The notes under the pieces were generated by a model. The model was not told the DNA's origin. It made no database searches and saw nothing but the letters and a program-made list of their open reading frames with translations. A program made the translations under genes and the position numbers. This document shows, piece by piece, positions 30,697 through 32,000 of a stretch of DNA of 32,000 nt; the first letter of the stretch is position 1, and the number at the start of each line of letters is the position of its first letter. Source of the DNA: Dubosiella newyorkensis. GTDB taxonomy: Bacteria > Bacillota_I > Bacilli_A > Erysipelotrichales > Erysipelotrichaceae. The stretch covers positions 1-32,000 of the forward strand of contig NZ_MPKA01000052.1 of the NCBI RefSeq assembly GCF_001945605.1, given 5' to 3'.

Positions 30697-31878
30697 TTAA
30701 TCGACTTTTACTTCTGTTGCTTCCGTTTGAACGCCATCCACTTGGTTAACGACCATTACGCTCTTAACCGGTGTATGTGTCTTTTCATCAAATGTGAAGC
30801 TTCCTGTGATTCCTTCGAAGTTTGCTTTCTTGATCGCTTCATTCAATTCTTCGCCTGTTGCTCCAGTTGCTTCGAGCTGATCGAGAACTAGATTTGTCGC
30901 GTCATACGCAAGAGCAGAGAACATATTTGGCGCTTGATCATACTTTTTCGTATATGCGTCGATGAATGCATTCAACTCATCGGAAGCATTTACTGTCGTA
31001 TACGCTGTCGTATACCAAACTTCATTCAAGTTTTCCTTGCCGGCAAGCTGTACGAGCTTTTCGGATTCAAATCCGTCCGCACCTACGATCGGGCAATCGA
31101 TTCCATCTTCGCGCGCTTGCTTGATGATCAAACCTGCTTCTGAATAGTATCCGGCGATGTATAGAACATCAAAACCAGAATCTTTGATCTTCGTAAGCAT
31201 AGAAGCGAAATCTGTATCGCCTGCATTATATTGCTCATGAGCTACGACTTCTCCGCCATGCTCTTTGAAAGTCGTTTCAAATTGGTTCGCGAGACCTTGT
31301 CCATAATCGCTTGTTTCGTTGATGATCGCCGCTTTTTTGCATTTGAGCGTATCCGCGGAATAGATTGCCATGGCAGCTCCTTGATAAGAGTCTTCGAAAC
31401 AAACTCTCCATGCGTATTCGTATGGGGTCTCGCCATTCATCATCGCATTGACTTGAGTAGCGCTAGGCGAAATAACTGGGGTGTTGTTTTGCGTAGCGAC
31501 TTCATAAGTCGCGATCGAGGCTCCTGATGTAGCAGGTCCCACGATGGCTGCCACACCGTCTTCTTCAATAAGTTTGATTGCTTGTGTCGTACTTTCGGCC
31601 GCGTCGCCTTTATCATCGACTTCGACACCTTCCGCTTTGAATTTCGTATCGCTTCTTTCATTATACTGTTCGATCGCAAGCTGAGCGGCGTTGCGTTCGG
31701 CTTGTCCATAACTCGATACGTCTCCGCTCAACTCAAAGTTGAGCCCGATCTTTACGGTATCTCCTTCATTCAACTTTTTTCCGGTTTCTTCTTTGCCTGT
31801 GCTCGAACTACTACATCCGGCCAACATCGTTAATGCCATAGTTCCAGCAGCAAGAACTTTCCACATGTTTCCTTTCAT
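30697..31878 (-). CDS. livJ: Branched-chain amino-acid ABC transporter substrate-binding lipoprotein (LivJ/BraC-like)
   Basis: The start is placed at the ATG at 31878, which has a GGGAGGAG RBS. MKGNMWKVLAAGTMALTMLAGC contains a lipobox. The type I periplasmic-binding-protein pattern (VKIGLNFELSG...GPATSG...) fits its position as the first gene of the liv operon. Confidence 0.8.
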   Translation of the reverse strand: MKGNMWKVLAAGTMALTMLAGCSSSSTGKEETGKKLNEGDTVKIGLNFELSGDVSSYGQAERNAAQLAIEQYNERSDTKFKAEGVEVDDKGDAAESTTQAIKLIEEDGVAAIVGPATSGASIATYEVATQNNTPVISPSATQVNAMMNGETPYEYAWRVCFEDSYQGAAMAIYSADTLKCKKAAIINETSDYGQGLANQFETTFKEHGGEVVAHEQYNAGDTDFASMLTKIKDSGFDVLYIAGYYSEAGLIIKQAREDGIDCPIVGADGFESEKLVQLAGKENLNEVWYTTAYTTVNASDELNAFIDAYTKKYDQAPNMFSALAYDATNLVLDQLEATGATGEELNEAIKKANFEGITGSFTFDEKTHTPVKSVMVVNQVDGVQTEATEVKVD

Positions 31879-31908
31879 ATGTGATTTCTCCTCCCATAAT
31901 ATGTCATA

Positions 31909-31937
31909 ATGATACCCAAAGAATTCCACAAATGCAA
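31909..31937 (-). promoter_or_regulatory. Candidate sigma-70 promoter of the liv operon
   Basis: On the minus strand, TTGCAT (31932-31937) is followed by a 17-nt spacer and TATCAT (31909-31914), about 30 nt upstream of the livJ start. It is flanked upstream by ATTTTCAT / ATGAAAAT repeats. Confidence 0.4.
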
Positions 31938-32000
31938 GGGAGATTTTCATTATTTTCATAGTCATGAAAATTCTTTTCAACTCCCGAACAATTTGTTTCT

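Noticed and set aside
25866-31980. N-terminal extensions of tracked ORFs: 25866 for the lipoprotein, 30684 for livH, 31980 for livJ, and likewise the GTG at 4451.
   Set aside because: Internal ATGs at 25914, 30630, 31878 and 4433 are each preceded by strong Shine-Dalgarno sequences at proper spacing, and each gives a canonical lipoprotein, signal or permease N-terminus. The extensions lack an RBS and would overlap neighbouring genes or promoters.
31938-31985. ATTTTCAT/ATGAAAAT repeats and the TGAAAA-TTC-TTTTCA palindrome upstream of livJ as a CodY box.
   Set aside because: The CodY consensus AATTTTCWGAAAATT has the half-sites in the opposite arrangement (TTTTC-W-GAAAA). The best local matches share only about half the positions. 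The region is also cut by the window edge, so it is not reported as a feature.

Overview
This window looks like low-GC Firmicutes chromosome (Erysipelotrichia- or Clostridia-like; I cannot place it more precisely without a search). Almost all genes are on the minus strand. All identifications come from motifs I recognise by eye, with no database search.

Layout, left to right:
1. The 3' end of an IS66-family insertion sequence (1-366).
2. A tightly packed 10-gene surface-appendage operon (412-12660). In transcription order it encodes an AP2-like DNA-binding protein, a type I signal peptidase, a 1326-aa LPXTG adhesin, an LPXTG major pilin, a class C sortase, a pilin-like secreted protein, three TasA/camelysin-like proteins and a MucBP-like anchored protein.
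3. A 440-bp AT-rich intergenic region with GC-core direct repeats and palindromes.
4. A HAD hydrolase gene and a small acidic protein gene.
5. rpoC and rpoB.
6. An 825-aa ORF that fuses a TetM/EF-G-like translational GTPase to a Rae1/YacP-type NYN endoribonuclease domain.
7. Two small genes.
8. A livJHMGF-type branched-chain amino-acid ABC transporter operon followed by a CBS-CBS-ACT gene.

No rRNA, tRNA or CRISPR was seen.

The most interesting candidates are:
- the GTPase-NYN fusion, possibly a ribosome-delivered RNase;
- the hybrid sortase-pilus plus TasA-like operon with its own signal peptidase;
- an AT-rich cassette with different codon usage whose boundary lies inside the adhesin gene.
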